Below are positions 8,604 to 18,979 of a stretch of DNA of 64,000 nucleotides, one piece after another. Positions within the stretch are counted from its first letter, which is position 1. Each line of letters begins with the position of its first letter. Made by a program: the position numbers and the translations under genes. Location: the NCBI GenBank assembly GCA_049513715.1, contig JBEKVV010000003.1:320001-384000 (forward strand). The letters run 5' to 3'. Under the pieces are notes generated by a model, which did not search any database, was not told the origin of the DNA, and saw nothing but the letters and a program-made list of their open reading frames with translations. The stretch is from Candidatus Bathyarchaeia archaeon. Its GTDB lineage: Archaea > Thermoproteota > Bathyarchaeia > 40CM-2-53-6.

Positions 8604-10583
8604 TTACGGACTCCGGTCCTTCTGAAGTTCCGGTAGAATCCTTTCGAAGTATTCAAGGGATTCCGGATTAGTGATTGCTTCCCTATTCGCGACAGGTTTG
8701 CCATTGACTATGTTCCTAACCGCGCTCTCAACTTTCTTCATGTTGAACGTGTAAGGAACTCCCGGAGTTTCAAGGATTAAGGCGGGAACATGCCTAGGTG
8801 AAGCATTCTCTCGCAGGGCCCGCTTTATTCTAGATTTCAAATCGTCGGTTAGTCTGTAACCCGCAGCGAGTTTGACGAAAAGAATGACTCGTTGATCTCC
8901 CCTCCGGTCCTGTCCTACCACCAGGCTGTCAGCAACTTCGGGGAATTTCTCAACGATCGTGTAGATTTCGGCTGTTCCAATGCGAACTCCTGAGGGCTTT
9001 AGAACGCTGTCTGACCGCCCGAGGAAGGTGATTCCCCCAGTGTCAGTATGCATTATGATGAAATCGCCGTGTCTCCAGACGTTTTTTCCTGCGCCATGGT
9101 AGTAGTTGAAGTAGGCTTCTTTGTACCGTTGGTATTGGTCGTCGTTCCAGAAGTAAAGTGGCATTGAGGGGCAAGGGGCTTCGCAAACAAGCTCCCCTTC
9201 CTGATCAAGTACGGGGTTAGCGTACTCATCGTAGGCGCTGATCTTCATACCCAGTGTTGGTGCACTGATCTCACCCCCGTAGACGGGTAGCGTTGGGTTT
9301 CCGCAGGCAAAACCACTATTGATATCGGTACCACCTGAGATGGAATTAAAGTGCAGATCCTGCTTAATTTCCCGGTATATCCATTCAAATCCTTCCGCGG
9401 AAAGCGGCGAACCGGTTTGGGAAATCTCGCGTAGTGATACGATATCGTGATTTTTCCCAGGCTTGGCTTCAACGCTTCTGAGGTAGTTGATGTAGCTCGC
9501 GCTGCAACCGAAAATGGAAATTCTCTCGTCCTGAATCAGTTTCCACATGTTGTTCCAATCTGGATAGTTGGGGTTGCCGTCATAGAGCACTATGGTTGCG
9601 CCGACGGCTAGTGAACTGATCAGCCAATTCCACATCATCCAGCTTGGAGAGGATATGTACGTAATCCTGTCTTCTCGTCGCAGATCTGAATGAAGGGCAA
9701 CGTCTCTGAATTGGTTCAGAAGGACGCCAAAGCCTTGCACCATGCACTTTGGTTTCCCGGTTGTTCCAGAGGAAAACATAATGTAAACGGGGTGATCGAA
9801 TGGCAATTGCTCGAACGAAATATGAGACCCTGATTCTGAAGCGAGGACATCATCGTAACGCACAAACCTAGAAGAATTTTGGACCTCGGGTTTCTCTGTC
9901 AGATGTGAAACGACTACTACCTTTTCTAATGAGGGCAGTCGTTTAGCGACTTCTTCGGCATTCTGTGATGTTTTGAACGTTTTGTTTCCGTAGGTGTATC
10001 CATCAGCGGTGAACATGACCTTCGGTTGAATCTGCTCCAAACGATCTAAAACGGCACCCGGGCCAAGCTCAGCGCCGCACGAAGCCCACACAGCCCCGAG
10101 ACTCGTGGCCGCGAGCATGGCTACAACGGTTTCGATGAGATTGGGTAAGTAGGCACACACTCTATCTCCCGGGACAACTCCGATGCGACGGAGCCAACTT
10201 GCGAGGCGGGCCACGTCCTTGTGCAAAGACGAATAAGTCATTCTAGCAGTTCTCTGAGTCTCCCCTCTGAATATCAGTGCTAGTTGATCATCCTGATACT
10301 TGAGTAGGTTCTCAGCGAAGTTCAGTTTCGCACCTAGAAACCACCTTGCCCCCGGAAACTTGCTCAGGTCATCAACCACCTTGTCGTATCCCTGACTGGC
10401 TTTGACGTCTGCAAATTCCCACACTGCAGCCCAAAAATCTGGGATTCGTTCAATCGACCACTGGTACAATTGCCAATAGTCCTGAATCTGAAGACTGTAC
10501 GTCTTGTTTACGAAGTCGACGAAACGAACCATGTTTGCTTGTTTGATACGTTCCTCTGAAGGCGTCCAAAGCAATTTTCCCAC
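8604..10583 (-). CDS. Acetoacetate--CoA ligase
   Basis: LLWTPS start, YIMFSSGTTGKPKC, WMMWNWL, SISGGTDI, WRHGD and GRSDSVLKPSGVRIGTAEIY motifs. Confidence 0.9.
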   Translation of the reverse strand: MGKLLWTPSEERIKQANMVRFVDFVNKTYSLQIQDYWQLYQWSIERIPDFWAAVWEFADVKASQGYDKVVDDLSKFPGARWFLGAKLNFAENLLKYQDDQLALIFRGETQRTARMTYSSLHKDVARLASWLRRIGVVPGDRVCAYLPNLIETVVAMLAATSLGAVWASCGAELGPGAVLDRLEQIQPKVMFTADGYTYGNKTFKTSQNAEEVAKRLPSLEKVVVVSHLTEKPEVQNSSRFVRYDDVLASESGSHISFEQLPFDHPVYIMFSSGTTGKPKCMVQGFGVLLNQFRDVALHSDLRREDRITYISSPSWMMWNWLISSLAVGATIVLYDGNPNYPDWNNMWKLIQDERISIFGCSASYINYLRSVEAKPGKNHDIVSLREISQTGSPLSAEGFEWIYREIKQDLHFNSISGGTDINSGFACGNPTLPVYGGEISAPTLGMKISAYDEYANPVLDQEGELVCEAPCPSMPLYFWNDDQYQRYKEAYFNYYHGAGKNVWRHGDFIIMHTDTGGITFLGRSDSVLKPSGVRIGTAEIYTIVEKFPEVADSLVVGQDRRGDQRVILFVKLAAGYRLTDDLKSRIKRALRENASPRHVPALILETPGVPYTFNMKKVESAVRNIVNGKPVANREAITNPESLEYFERILPELQKDRSP

Positions 10584-10789
10584 TGAACCTGCCTCCTCTG
10601 GAATCTGTGACGTTCCCTCACGTTTTGCTATTGCTTCGTTTCGCTCAACCTACGCTTAAAAAGCAGCAGGCTAGCGCGTCACTTCGAGAGCCGGGAGGGA
10701 CGCAAAAGAGTTTCTACGCGGCGAACCCCAATGTTTCAGGCGGTTCGCTACGACCCGAGTAACGCAGTGAACCTATCCTGAGCGTTTGG

Positions 10790-11641
10790 TCACTTGAGTG
10801 CTTTGCAGCCTATCGCGTCTCCGAAGCGAGTCTTCGGTAGAGAGGCTTTCTTCTTCATTAGTTGTTCGAAGTCTGAGTCTTCGACCACTGCAACGCATCG
10901 ACCTATGCTTGCTTCACCGTCAACGAATCTCCACGGGAAGAACCCGATGGTTGTTCGTTTGTTTAGGAACAGGTCTATGTCCCCGCCGATGCATTCTGCG
11001 TGGATTATGCCGTACGGGAACATTTCAAGGTGCATTAGCTGGTACTTGTCATCACTATAATATTCACTCAGTTTCTTTCCGAACTTCTTCTGGAAGTGCG
11101 CGTCCGCCTCCCTTGCTTGTCTAGGCATCCAATCGCGAATGATCGTATTCATTGGGTGGTCGGCGCTTCCACAATCTACCCCAATCCATTTGATCTTCTT
11201 CCGCTTTGCCCACTCGGCGAATTCCCTGTCTGGGCCAGGGTGTTTCACCATGTAGCGTACCTCGTCTGCGTTGGGTTGGTCCCAGCCGTATCGGTGGTAG
11301 CCGGTGTGGATGATTAGAATGTCACCCTCTCTGGTTTCGACCCTGTCTTCAACCATCTTCGAAGTATAAACGTCATAATCTCCTGCGGCGTCAGAGAGGT
11401 CGACAACGGCTCCGGGTCCGACTAAGAAGTCCATAGTCAAACTCGCCATGTCTTTTCCTGCAGCGTGGAAGTGAATCTCGCCATCCAAGTGGGTTCCAAC
11501 GTGGTTGGAGTGAGTCAGAAGCTGGCCGTTTGCTCCGTTCGGAGCCAAACGTTTGAAATATTTCAATTGAAGCGGCTCATAAGTTGGCCAGGCGGGTGTG
11601 GCTACTCCAAGAGGTATAGTCAGATCTACGACCTTCAACAA
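10790..11641 (-). CDS. Cyclase (kynurenine formamidase-like) family metal hydrolase
   Basis: HVGTHLDG metal motif, plus IIHTG, GVDCGSAD and HAE. Confidence 0.85.
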   Translation of the reverse strand: MLKVVDLTIPLGVATPAWPTYEPLQLKYFKRLAPNGANGQLLTHSNHVGTHLDGEIHFHAAGKDMASLTMDFLVGPGAVVDLSDAAGDYDVYTSKMVEDRVETREGDILIIHTGYHRYGWDQPNADEVRYMVKHPGPDREFAEWAKRKKIKWIGVDCGSADHPMNTIIRDWMPRQAREADAHFQKKFGKKLSEYYSDDKYQLMHLEMFPYGIIHAECIGGDIDLFLNKRTTIGFFPWRFVDGEASIGRCVAVVEDSDFEQLMKKKASLPKTRFGDAIGCKALK

Positions 11642-11815
11642 TCACTCATCCCAACAGGGTTTCGAAGAGCCTCGTTGACAAGCCTTTCGGACACTTCCTA
11701 CCTGCGGCAATAAGATATTGCTGCTGAAAACATTCTTCCTAATTCAACTGAAATTTGCAGGACTGCTAAACGGTAACAACACTCATATTGTGACAATCTA
11801 ACCGATGACGTTTTA

Positions 11816-12553
11816 GTGAACTCTATGACCTACTACGATCCTCCGACACCACTATCCATGACTGAACATAAGCTGCGAGTTCAGGATATGGAGGCGATCC
11901 TTCGGGCCGTTGACGCACCGTATCTTGAACAGACCGCATATCCTTCGAAAGTTGTGGGTATGAAGGACGGTAGCAAAATCGTTGTTCGACAATCCACCAG
12001 AGAAGAAGCACCTGAGGTGCTGAAAGCGATCAGGCTGTACATTGATGTTAACAAAGACTTCTACGACATCGTGGCTTGGCGTACGTATGCTGAGGTTTTG
12101 GCGTGGAAGATGTACCGAATCAAAGACCACTACCTGCTGCTGGCTATACAAGACGGTAATCTAGTTGGGCTTTCAAACGCGCGCATGTGGGACAGAAATC
12201 TAGCGATTAGTCTCCACACCATGTCATTCAAACGCGGAATCGACGTTGGGCCAGCCATGTACTTTGCCAAGATTGAATATGCCCTTGACTACCTGGGCGC
12301 CAAAGAATGGTGGGCCACATTCGAAAGCTACATCGGGCTAAGAATCATGGGAACCGAATGGGCTCCCAAACAGAAACCGTTCCCCGACATGCAACATGAA
12401 CTCGGCGGCTCACGCATCTTCTACACAACCAAAGAAGACTGGGAAAACTTCACGAAAAAGAAGTACGCCCGCTACATCGGTGAGAGACCCCCACCAAAAG
12501 AACTGCTAGCCAAATCGCAGAAATTCAAGATTCCAGAAAAAGCAGACGTCTAA
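11816..12553 (+). CDS. Putative GNAT-fold protein
   Basis: 245-aa ORF divergent from the cyclase gene. The segments YLLLAIQDGNLVG...SLHTMSFKRGIDVG...EWWATFES resemble a GNAT core; function unknown. Confidence 0.55.
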   Translation: MNSMTYYDPPTPLSMTEHKLRVQDMEAILRAVDAPYLEQTAYPSKVVGMKDGSKIVVRQSTREEAPEVLKAIRLYIDVNKDFYDIVAWRTYAEVLAWKMYRIKDHYLLLAIQDGNLVGLSNARMWDRNLAISLHTMSFKRGIDVGPAMYFAKIEYALDYLGAKEWWATFESYIGLRIMGTEWAPKQKPFPDMQHELGGSRIFYTTKEDWENFTKKKYARYIGERPPPKELLAKSQKFKIPEKADV

Positions 12554-12753
12554 CCCAACCCTCGCAGCAGCCCCCTCTATGATAGTAGCGAATGCACGGC
12601 AGAATTACGGCGGAATCGTGTCATGTCTCCCTTGTGAAAGTGGCTAGATCGGTTTGTAAGTGGGTATGCAATTCAAGAATTGGATACCCTGACCGCTTCA
12701 GGTTTCTTTTCAGTCCATCTCTGATAGTGCTCGCGACCAAAGGGTGAAACCAT

Positions 12754-13641
12754 ATGAAACTTAGAGAGTGGGTGGCCTTCTGTTTTCTTGGTACGGTTTG
12801 GGGTTCTTCGTTCCTGTGGATTAAGATTGGTCTAAGCGAAATCAAACCGTTCACTCTCATAGCTTACAGTTTCCTACTTGGGGCAATTGGGTTGCTTGTA
12901 ATCATGCGTTTAACAAAACAGAGTTTTCCGCGCGACCGGAATACCTACCTAGGTTACCTATTCATGGCGGTGTTTAATGCTGCTGTCCCCTTTGCGCTGA
13001 CATCTTGGGGGGAAACAAAAATCAGTTCTGGTTTGGCTGCAATTTTGAATGCTACGGTTCCCCTATTCACGATAGTCATTGCTCATTTCTGGTTGCATGA
13101 TGAGAAAATCAACCTATCCAGAATTGCCGGATTGACAATCGGTATGTTTGGAATCATAATCTTGGTGAGTAGAGACTTCAACTCAGGAGGCGGCATGCAG
13201 GGACAGCTGGCCCTTCTCTTGGCAGCCGCAAGCTATGGTACTGCGATAACATTCTCGCGGAAACACCTTCGCGGGAAATCGCCTGTGGTAGAAGCCATGA
13301 TGATGATTCTGATGGCAGACGTCGTGCTATGGCCGCTTGCGTTTGTGGTGGAGGGACCGTTGACGGTGCCTCTTCAAATAATGACCTGGACGTCGATCAT
13401 GGTTCTGGGAGTTGTCGGCTCATCATTGGCTTACGTACTTTACTTCTACCTAATCGAGACCCGAGGTGCCGTCCGTGCGTCGCTCGTAAATTATGTTTAC
13501 CCCGTAGTAGGCCTGATTCTTGGAGTATCGCTCCTGGGAGAGGTTGCTCACTGGGAGCTAATTGTTGGTTCGCTCCTGATCGTGGTTGGAATCACGATAA
13601 TCAACACTACTGGCCGGACGCTTATTCGCAACAGGCTGTAG
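12754..13641 (+). CDS. EamA/DMT family transporter
   Basis: WGSSF, ISSGLAAILNATVPLF and SLVNYVYPVV motifs; about 10 TM segments. Confidence 0.9.
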   Translation: MKLREWVAFCFLGTVWGSSFLWIKIGLSEIKPFTLIAYSFLLGAIGLLVIMRLTKQSFPRDRNTYLGYLFMAVFNAAVPFALTSWGETKISSGLAAILNATVPLFTIVIAHFWLHDEKINLSRIAGLTIGMFGIIILVSRDFNSGGGMQGQLALLLAAASYGTAITFSRKHLRGKSPVVEAMMMILMADVVLWPLAFVVEGPLTVPLQIMTWTSIMVLGVVGSSLAYVLYFYLIETRGAVRASLVNYVYPVVGLILGVSLLGEVAHWELIVGSLLIVVGITIINTTGRTLIRNRL

Positions 13642-13688
13642 GGTTCTAGCGCTGGTTTTCGCAAAAGGTGAGACGAATTACCGTGGGA

Positions 13689-15011
13689 TTACGCGTATTT
13701 CTTCTCTGCTAGTTTCACAGATTCTTCAAATACGTCTATGATCTTGGTGGCTTCTTCTTCTTTCAAGGTAACGGCCGGTTTCATCTTGAGAACATTGCCG
13801 AACGAGCCGTAGGCAGGGCCAGATCTCCCGAAGATGACACCCAATTCATGTGCCTTTTCCATAACGTAGGCGGTTTCTTGGAACGCAGGTTTCTTTGTTC
13901 GTTTATTTTTCACGAACTCAACTCCAATCATCAGTCCTGGGCCGCGAACATCGCCAATCGTTTTGGTATTCTCAGCTATTTCGTTCAGACGTTTGGACAT
14001 GAATTGACCCATACGTCTCGAGTTTTCCCAGAGTCTCTCTCGTCGCATTATCTCAATCATTGCTAAGCTTGCCGCGCAGGCAACCGGGTGCCCGATTTCC
14101 GTGAATCCGTACTCCCATTGGCGAAGGTGGCTGTATTCTTCAGTCGCCATTGTTCCTGCTAGTGGAAGACCTGCCCCAAAGGATTTCCCGAGAACTAGAA
14201 GGTCAGGCGAGACTTTTTCTATTTCGGAAGCCCAAAACTCACCGCATCGGCAGAAGGCCGTTTGCACTTCATCAACAATCATTGCAACGTTATTCTCGTT
14301 GCAAATCTTCTGAAGAAGTGGCAAGTAGCCTTTTGGTGCGGGGATTTGTCCTCCGTTTGCCTGTACAGGCTCAACAAATACTCCTGCGACCTTGGAATCG
14401 GAGGCATGCTTGATCGTAGTCTCAACAAACCTGCAGCAGAATAGGTCGCATTCTGGGTAAGTAAGGCCGTAGTGGCACCTGTAGCAATAGAAGTTGGGGA
14501 TTCTAGTCTGCTTTGCCAGGTATCTTTCCAACCCCTGTTTGCATTCCTCATACATGGTAGGCTCTGTGTAGCTAAGTGGAATGGTTCCGAAGGTTCTTCC
14601 GTGAAATGCGTCGTAAAAACAAATGAATTCCTGTCCCCCAGTCTTGCGCATAGCTAGGTGCATTGCACCCTCACACGCGCCGCCTCCTGTGACTGCAAAT
14701 AGGATTTTCTTGAGTCTGCCTGGCGCGATGTCGGCGAGTTTCTTCGCCAAGAGGACACGGGGAACAGAGCCCAGAACTGGGGTCACGAATTCTACTTGGT
14801 CAAGCTGCTTTTTGGCCGCCTCAATTATCTCAGGTTGCCCGTAACCAAGGTTGAGCACCCATTCAGCTGAGATAGCATCCAAGTATTGTTTCCCTTCAGC
14901 GTCTTTGACTTTGAGCCCCTTTCCCCACACTATTGAAAACGGCTCGGAGCCCATGCATTTTATCTCGTGCTGCTTGCTGAGCTTCAGCATTTCCTTTTGA
15001 GAAATGGCCAT
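13689..15011 (-). CDS. Class III PLP aminotransferase
   Basis: AFHGRT, VEPVQ, VDEVQTAFCRCG, GKSFGAG (PLP Lys) and DVRGPGLMIGVE motifs. Confidence 0.92.
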   Translation of the reverse strand: MAISQKEMLKLSKQHEIKCMGSEPFSIVWGKGLKVKDAEGKQYLDAISAEWVLNLGYGQPEIIEAAKKQLDQVEFVTPVLGSVPRVLLAKKLADIAPGRLKKILFAVTGGGACEGAMHLAMRKTGGQEFICFYDAFHGRTFGTIPLSYTEPTMYEECKQGLERYLAKQTRIPNFYCYRCHYGLTYPECDLFCCRFVETTIKHASDSKVAGVFVEPVQANGGQIPAPKGYLPLLQKICNENNVAMIVDEVQTAFCRCGEFWASEIEKVSPDLLVLGKSFGAGLPLAGTMATEEYSHLRQWEYGFTEIGHPVACAASLAMIEIMRRERLWENSRRMGQFMSKRLNEIAENTKTIGDVRGPGLMIGVEFVKNKRTKKPAFQETAYVMEKAHELGVIFGRSGPAYGSFGNVLKMKPAVTLKEEEATKIIDVFEESVKLAEKKYA

Positions 15012-15134
15012 TGGGACATCGGGAGAGGCATCCGAGTCCTTAGTACTTAAGAGGTGTCTGATTATTCACCATAAAATATAGCCAACAGCATACGAGACAA
15101 ATACTGACGGCAAAACATAGACACCAAGTGCACA

Positions 15135-17009
15135 CTAGTTCCAAAGGTCGTCAATAACATCGTGTAAGCCAAGGCGTTGTAATGTGCTTCTCCAAGGCTT
15201 TCCCGTTTTCTCATCCCAGCCCATGAGTCTGTAAACTTCCATAACCATTCCTTTTACGTAAGGTTCCATCGCTCTGCCTTTCGCTTTCCCTGCAGGTGGA
15301 GCCTCCACAATTCGAGGAGACACTTCGTAATCGTCCGCGGGTCTCAGTCCCAGCCTTATGTTGAAGGCTCGCTCCAAGTTGACCATTCTTTCGCCAACAG
15401 TCAAACTCTCTTCTGGAGTGAAATCCCAACCTGTGACGGCGGCTACTGCTTCGGATGTGCAGGTCAGGCTTCCAGGAACACCCCATGTTGCGAACCAGCA
15501 TGTGCCGTGACAGTCGTCCCAATATTTCTTGGGCCATGTCTTCGCAACGGCCAAGGGTTGAGCTTCAGGGTCCAACGGGGGTGCAAATTCCTTGTAGCCG
15601 ACATCTGGCTCGGGTGAGTACACGTTTGCTCCGTGGGCTCCCCAAGATGCTCCTCCTCCGACGATTTGCCCTAACATTACGCCCCATGCTGCCCTCCAGT
15701 CATGCAGGTTGATTCCTGTCCCCTTCACGTGAATCGCAAATTTCGGCGCATCACCACCAATCTTGTCAGCAGCCCTTCCCGGGCCAAGGGCGAGAAGCTT
15801 ACCTAACTTTCCTTCCCTGTTTGCAGCCTTCCTCATCATTTTTGCCACAAGTTCGGCGTCACCCCAGACCAATTCTAGACCATCAGTGTCTTCTTTTGTG
15901 AGCAAACCCTTCTCATAGCACTCTATTGTTAGCGCGATCGTACAGCCTACCGTGCTTGATTCGAATCCTAAGCGGTCGCAGAGGTCGCAGAGATAGAACG
16001 CTGCGCTCATGTCATAAACGCCGGATATCGAGGCAGCGCCTTCGAGATTTTCTCCGCCCCCATTCATGGTTGCGACCATGTCCTTGTACTGACCTGATCC
16101 AATTTTGACGTCATAGGCACATGCTATGGGACAAGCGAAACATGGTCGGAGCTTCATCTCCCTCGTGGACATGCCAACTCCCCATTGGGGAGGACTGACC
16201 TCACGGAAGTTCTTCGCAGAGGCGATCGAATGTTCCTTCTCATACACGTAATCACCCTTCCCCGCTCCACCGTTTCTCTCCCCCTGGGCCACCTCACTCT
16301 TGAACAAATTCTCTCTCCAGTTCTTTGTAGCATTCTTCAGCTTCTCTTCATTTGCAATTGGAATCCTTCCTGAACCGAAAACGGCGATGGCTTTCATCTT
16401 CTTCGACCCCATCACCGTGCCCACGCCGGAGTGAGAGAATGAATGGTTTCTGTCATTCGCGATAAGAGCGCCAGTAGCCATATGCTCACCTGCGGGCCCA
16501 ATTGCCGCTACACTCGCCCGAGGCCGTCCTAGCTCTTCACGCACTAGATCCTCTGTCTGGTGCGTGTCCTTGCTCCACAAATTGTGGGCATCTCTAATCT
16601 CGCCTTTCCCGTCGTTTATCCACAAGTACACAGGTTCAGGGGATGATCCCTCTATTATCACGCCGTCAAATCCTGCGAATTTAAGTTGTGGCCCCCAATA
16701 TCCATGGGAGTGCGACCTTCCGCAAGTGAACATTGTGTCAGCGTTTAACGTGGTGATAGTTGTGTTGGTGCAGGCAGGTACAGATGGCACGCCTGTGAGG
16801 GGGCCAGTCATGAAAATGAATGGGTTCTCAGGATCCGTCGGTTTGAATCCTAACCTGAGGTTGTCGTAGAGGAATCTCAAGCCTAGTCCAAAGCATCCGA
16901 CGTATTTCTTCAGCACGTCTTCCGGGAAGACATCGAGGAGATTCTCCGAACGAACCTTCCCCTCGTTTAGGTTGACGCGGAGCAGCTGGCCCAAGTATCC
17001 TCCTTTCAT
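15135..17009 (-). CDS. Aldehyde:ferredoxin oxidoreductase (tungstopterin AOR family), divergent
   Basis: LLRVNL, QLKFAGFDG, AIGPAGE, GTVMGSKKMKA, CFACPIAC and GERMVNLERAFN motifs. Confidence 0.9.
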   Translation of the reverse strand: MKGGYLGQLLRVNLNEGKVRSENLLDVFPEDVLKKYVGCFGLGLRFLYDNLRLGFKPTDPENPFIFMTGPLTGVPSVPACTNTTITTLNADTMFTCGRSHSHGYWGPQLKFAGFDGVIIEGSSPEPVYLWINDGKGEIRDAHNLWSKDTHQTEDLVREELGRPRASVAAIGPAGEHMATGALIANDRNHSFSHSGVGTVMGSKKMKAIAVFGSGRIPIANEEKLKNATKNWRENLFKSEVAQGERNGGAGKGDYVYEKEHSIASAKNFREVSPPQWGVGMSTREMKLRPCFACPIACAYDVKIGSGQYKDMVATMNGGGENLEGAASISGVYDMSAAFYLCDLCDRLGFESSTVGCTIALTIECYEKGLLTKEDTDGLELVWGDAELVAKMMRKAANREGKLGKLLALGPGRAADKIGGDAPKFAIHVKGTGINLHDWRAAWGVMLGQIVGGGASWGAHGANVYSPEPDVGYKEFAPPLDPEAQPLAVAKTWPKKYWDDCHGTCWFATWGVPGSLTCTSEAVAAVTGWDFTPEESLTVGERMVNLERAFNIRLGLRPADDYEVSPRIVEAPPAGKAKGRAMEPYVKGMVMEVYRLMGWDEKTGKPWRSTLQRLGLHDVIDDLWN

Positions 17010-17118
17010 GACAAATCTTCATTCCATTGGTGGTGAGCATGGGATAAGGGTGCGTGGTGAAACACGCTGGTGAGAGCGAGTCTCAAGACGCCACTACTTC
17101 CAAAATGCATTCACCGAA

Positions 17119-17958
17119 TTACGATTTGAGGAATTGTTCCAAGTGCTTCTTGCTATCCTTGAATCCTCTTCTAGGGTCACGGGTGCCCAACTCGAACGAA
17201 ACATATCCCTCGTATCCTATCTGACGCAGCGCTTTCACTACGTCCTCGAAATCGATGACTCCCGTACCTGGTACCAAGTGTTCATCTAACATGCCATTGT
17301 TGTCATCTGCGTGCACGTAGGCGAGGTATTTCTTGGATTCGAGGATTGCGTCAACAGGGTGAGGGCCGCTTTCCTTCCACGTGTTGTGGAACGAAATCAT
17401 CGCGTGACCGGTGTCCAGAAGAAGTCTCACATTGTCGGAACTGACGTCATCCAGCATCTTGATTCCGTCCCTAGAATCTATGACGACCGTCCCCGGACAG
17501 GGCTCAAGCGCAATAACCACTCCGTAATCAGCACAGCTTTTCGATGCTTCCTGCAATCCTTGCTTGACCCATTGCCAAGCCTTTTCTTTCGGGGTGCCTA
17601 TTGTCCACGAATATCCCGCTGTGGTCGTAACTAACCCTGCACCTAGTTGGGAGGCAACTTCTGCGCAGGTCTTGAGATGATTGATTTTCCAGCGTCTAGC
17701 TCTTTCGTTCTCATGCACCAGAGTCGAAGTATGAGGACTACCATCATCTGTGTGCAGACCAACGACCTTGAGGCCCTCTGAATCCAAGAGGCTTCTGAGC
17801 CTCTTCAAGTCGTCCTTCGTGTAGTCCTCAGGGTTGATGTGGGGTCTAACACCGGACAGCTCAATTCCTTTGAAGCCCAATTCAGCCACGATTTGTATTG
17901 TCCTTTCTACCGAGTACATCGGGAAACAATGCATGCAAGCTGCTAGCTCAATTGTCAA
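17119..17958 (-). CDS. Sugar-phosphate isomerase/epimerase (AP endonuclease 2 TIM barrel)
   Basis: IALEP, LDTGH, VHADD, HLVPGTG and GYEGYVSFE motifs. Confidence 0.85.
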   Translation of the reverse strand: MTIELAACMHCFPMYSVERTIQIVAELGFKGIELSGVRPHINPEDYTKDDLKRLRSLLDSEGLKVVGLHTDDGSPHTSTLVHENERARRWKINHLKTCAEVASQLGAGLVTTTAGYSWTIGTPKEKAWQWVKQGLQEASKSCADYGVVIALEPCPGTVVIDSRDGIKMLDDVSSDNVRLLLDTGHAMISFHNTWKESGPHPVDAILESKKYLAYVHADDNNGMLDEHLVPGTGVIDFEDVVKALRQIGYEGYVSFELGTRDPRRGFKDSKKHLEQFLKS

Positions 17959-18099
17959 TGCCTTCGCGTCCTAGCGTCTGGTATCACGTGGAACCTAATT
18001 TGGATTTGTGAATATAATGTCCATATTCTACTAACACTCCTCCTAAATTCTCTTGCACACAAAGGGGCTTGATTCCTTTCACAGTGAGGATCGATCAAA

Positions 18100-18870
18100 T
18101 TGTCGAATATGCGACTTGCGAATAAAGTGGCAGTTGTAACTGGAGCGGCTCAAGGTAACGGGTTGGGTATCGCAAGGGCTCTAAGCAAGGCGGGGGCCAC
18201 CGTTGTTCTCACCGACGTATCCAGCAAAGTCGAAGACGCCGCCAAAGAACTCAACACGGCAGGATACAACGCTCTGGCCATTAGGATGGACGTGACAAAA
18301 GCAGAAGAGGTTAACGCGGCAGTCAAAAAGGTTCTAAGAGATTTCGGGACCGTGGACATTCTTGTAAACAACGCCGGAATATACCCCGACGAGCCTCTCC
18401 TGCGTGACATGCCGGAGGAATTCTGGGACAATATGTTCAACGTTAACGTGAAGGGCATCTTCTATTGCCTCAAAGCCATCCTTCCAACAATGATGGACAA
18501 GAAGAATGGAAAGATTGTCAACATGTCATCGGTTACAGGCCCCATGGTTTCGGTTCCGCACTCCAATGCGTACTCCGCGTCCAAAGCTGCCATCTCAGGT
18601 CTAACCAGAGCCCTAGCGCTAGAAGTAGCTGAGTATGGCATAAACGTGAACGCGATCTGTCCTGGGTTCATCAAAACTCCTGGTTCACAATATCTTGCTG
18701 AAAGGGAACGGAAAATCGCAAATTCAGTTCCACTCAAGAGGTTCGGCACTATCGATGACGTTGGAGACCTAGCGGTTTTCTTAGCCTCAGATGAATCCAG
18801 CTATCTCACTGGCACTGAGATAGTCATAGACGGCGGAAACATCATACAAGAAGTCAAGGCCATTTCATAG
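18100..18870 (+). CDS. Short-chain dehydrogenase/reductase
   Basis: TGAAQGNG, NNAG, YSASK and VNAICPG motifs. Confidence 0.92.
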   Translation: MSNMRLANKVAVVTGAAQGNGLGIARALSKAGATVVLTDVSSKVEDAAKELNTAGYNALAIRMDVTKAEEVNAAVKKVLRDFGTVDILVNNAGIYPDEPLLRDMPEEFWDNMFNVNVKGIFYCLKAILPTMMDKKNGKIVNMSSVTGPMVSVPHSNAYSASKAAISGLTRALALEVAEYGINVNAICPGFIKTPGSQYLAERERKIANSVPLKRFGTIDDVGDLAVFLASDESSYLTGTEIVIDGGNIIQEVKAIS

Positions 18871-18979
18871 ACCGCGGTCGACCGATCAACTGCTCAGAAG
18901 TGGCAAGTGGACTATATCGTTAACTTGGCCCATCTCATGACTTCTATTAGAGCTGTCCCAAACGCGTATTGAGCAGGTA

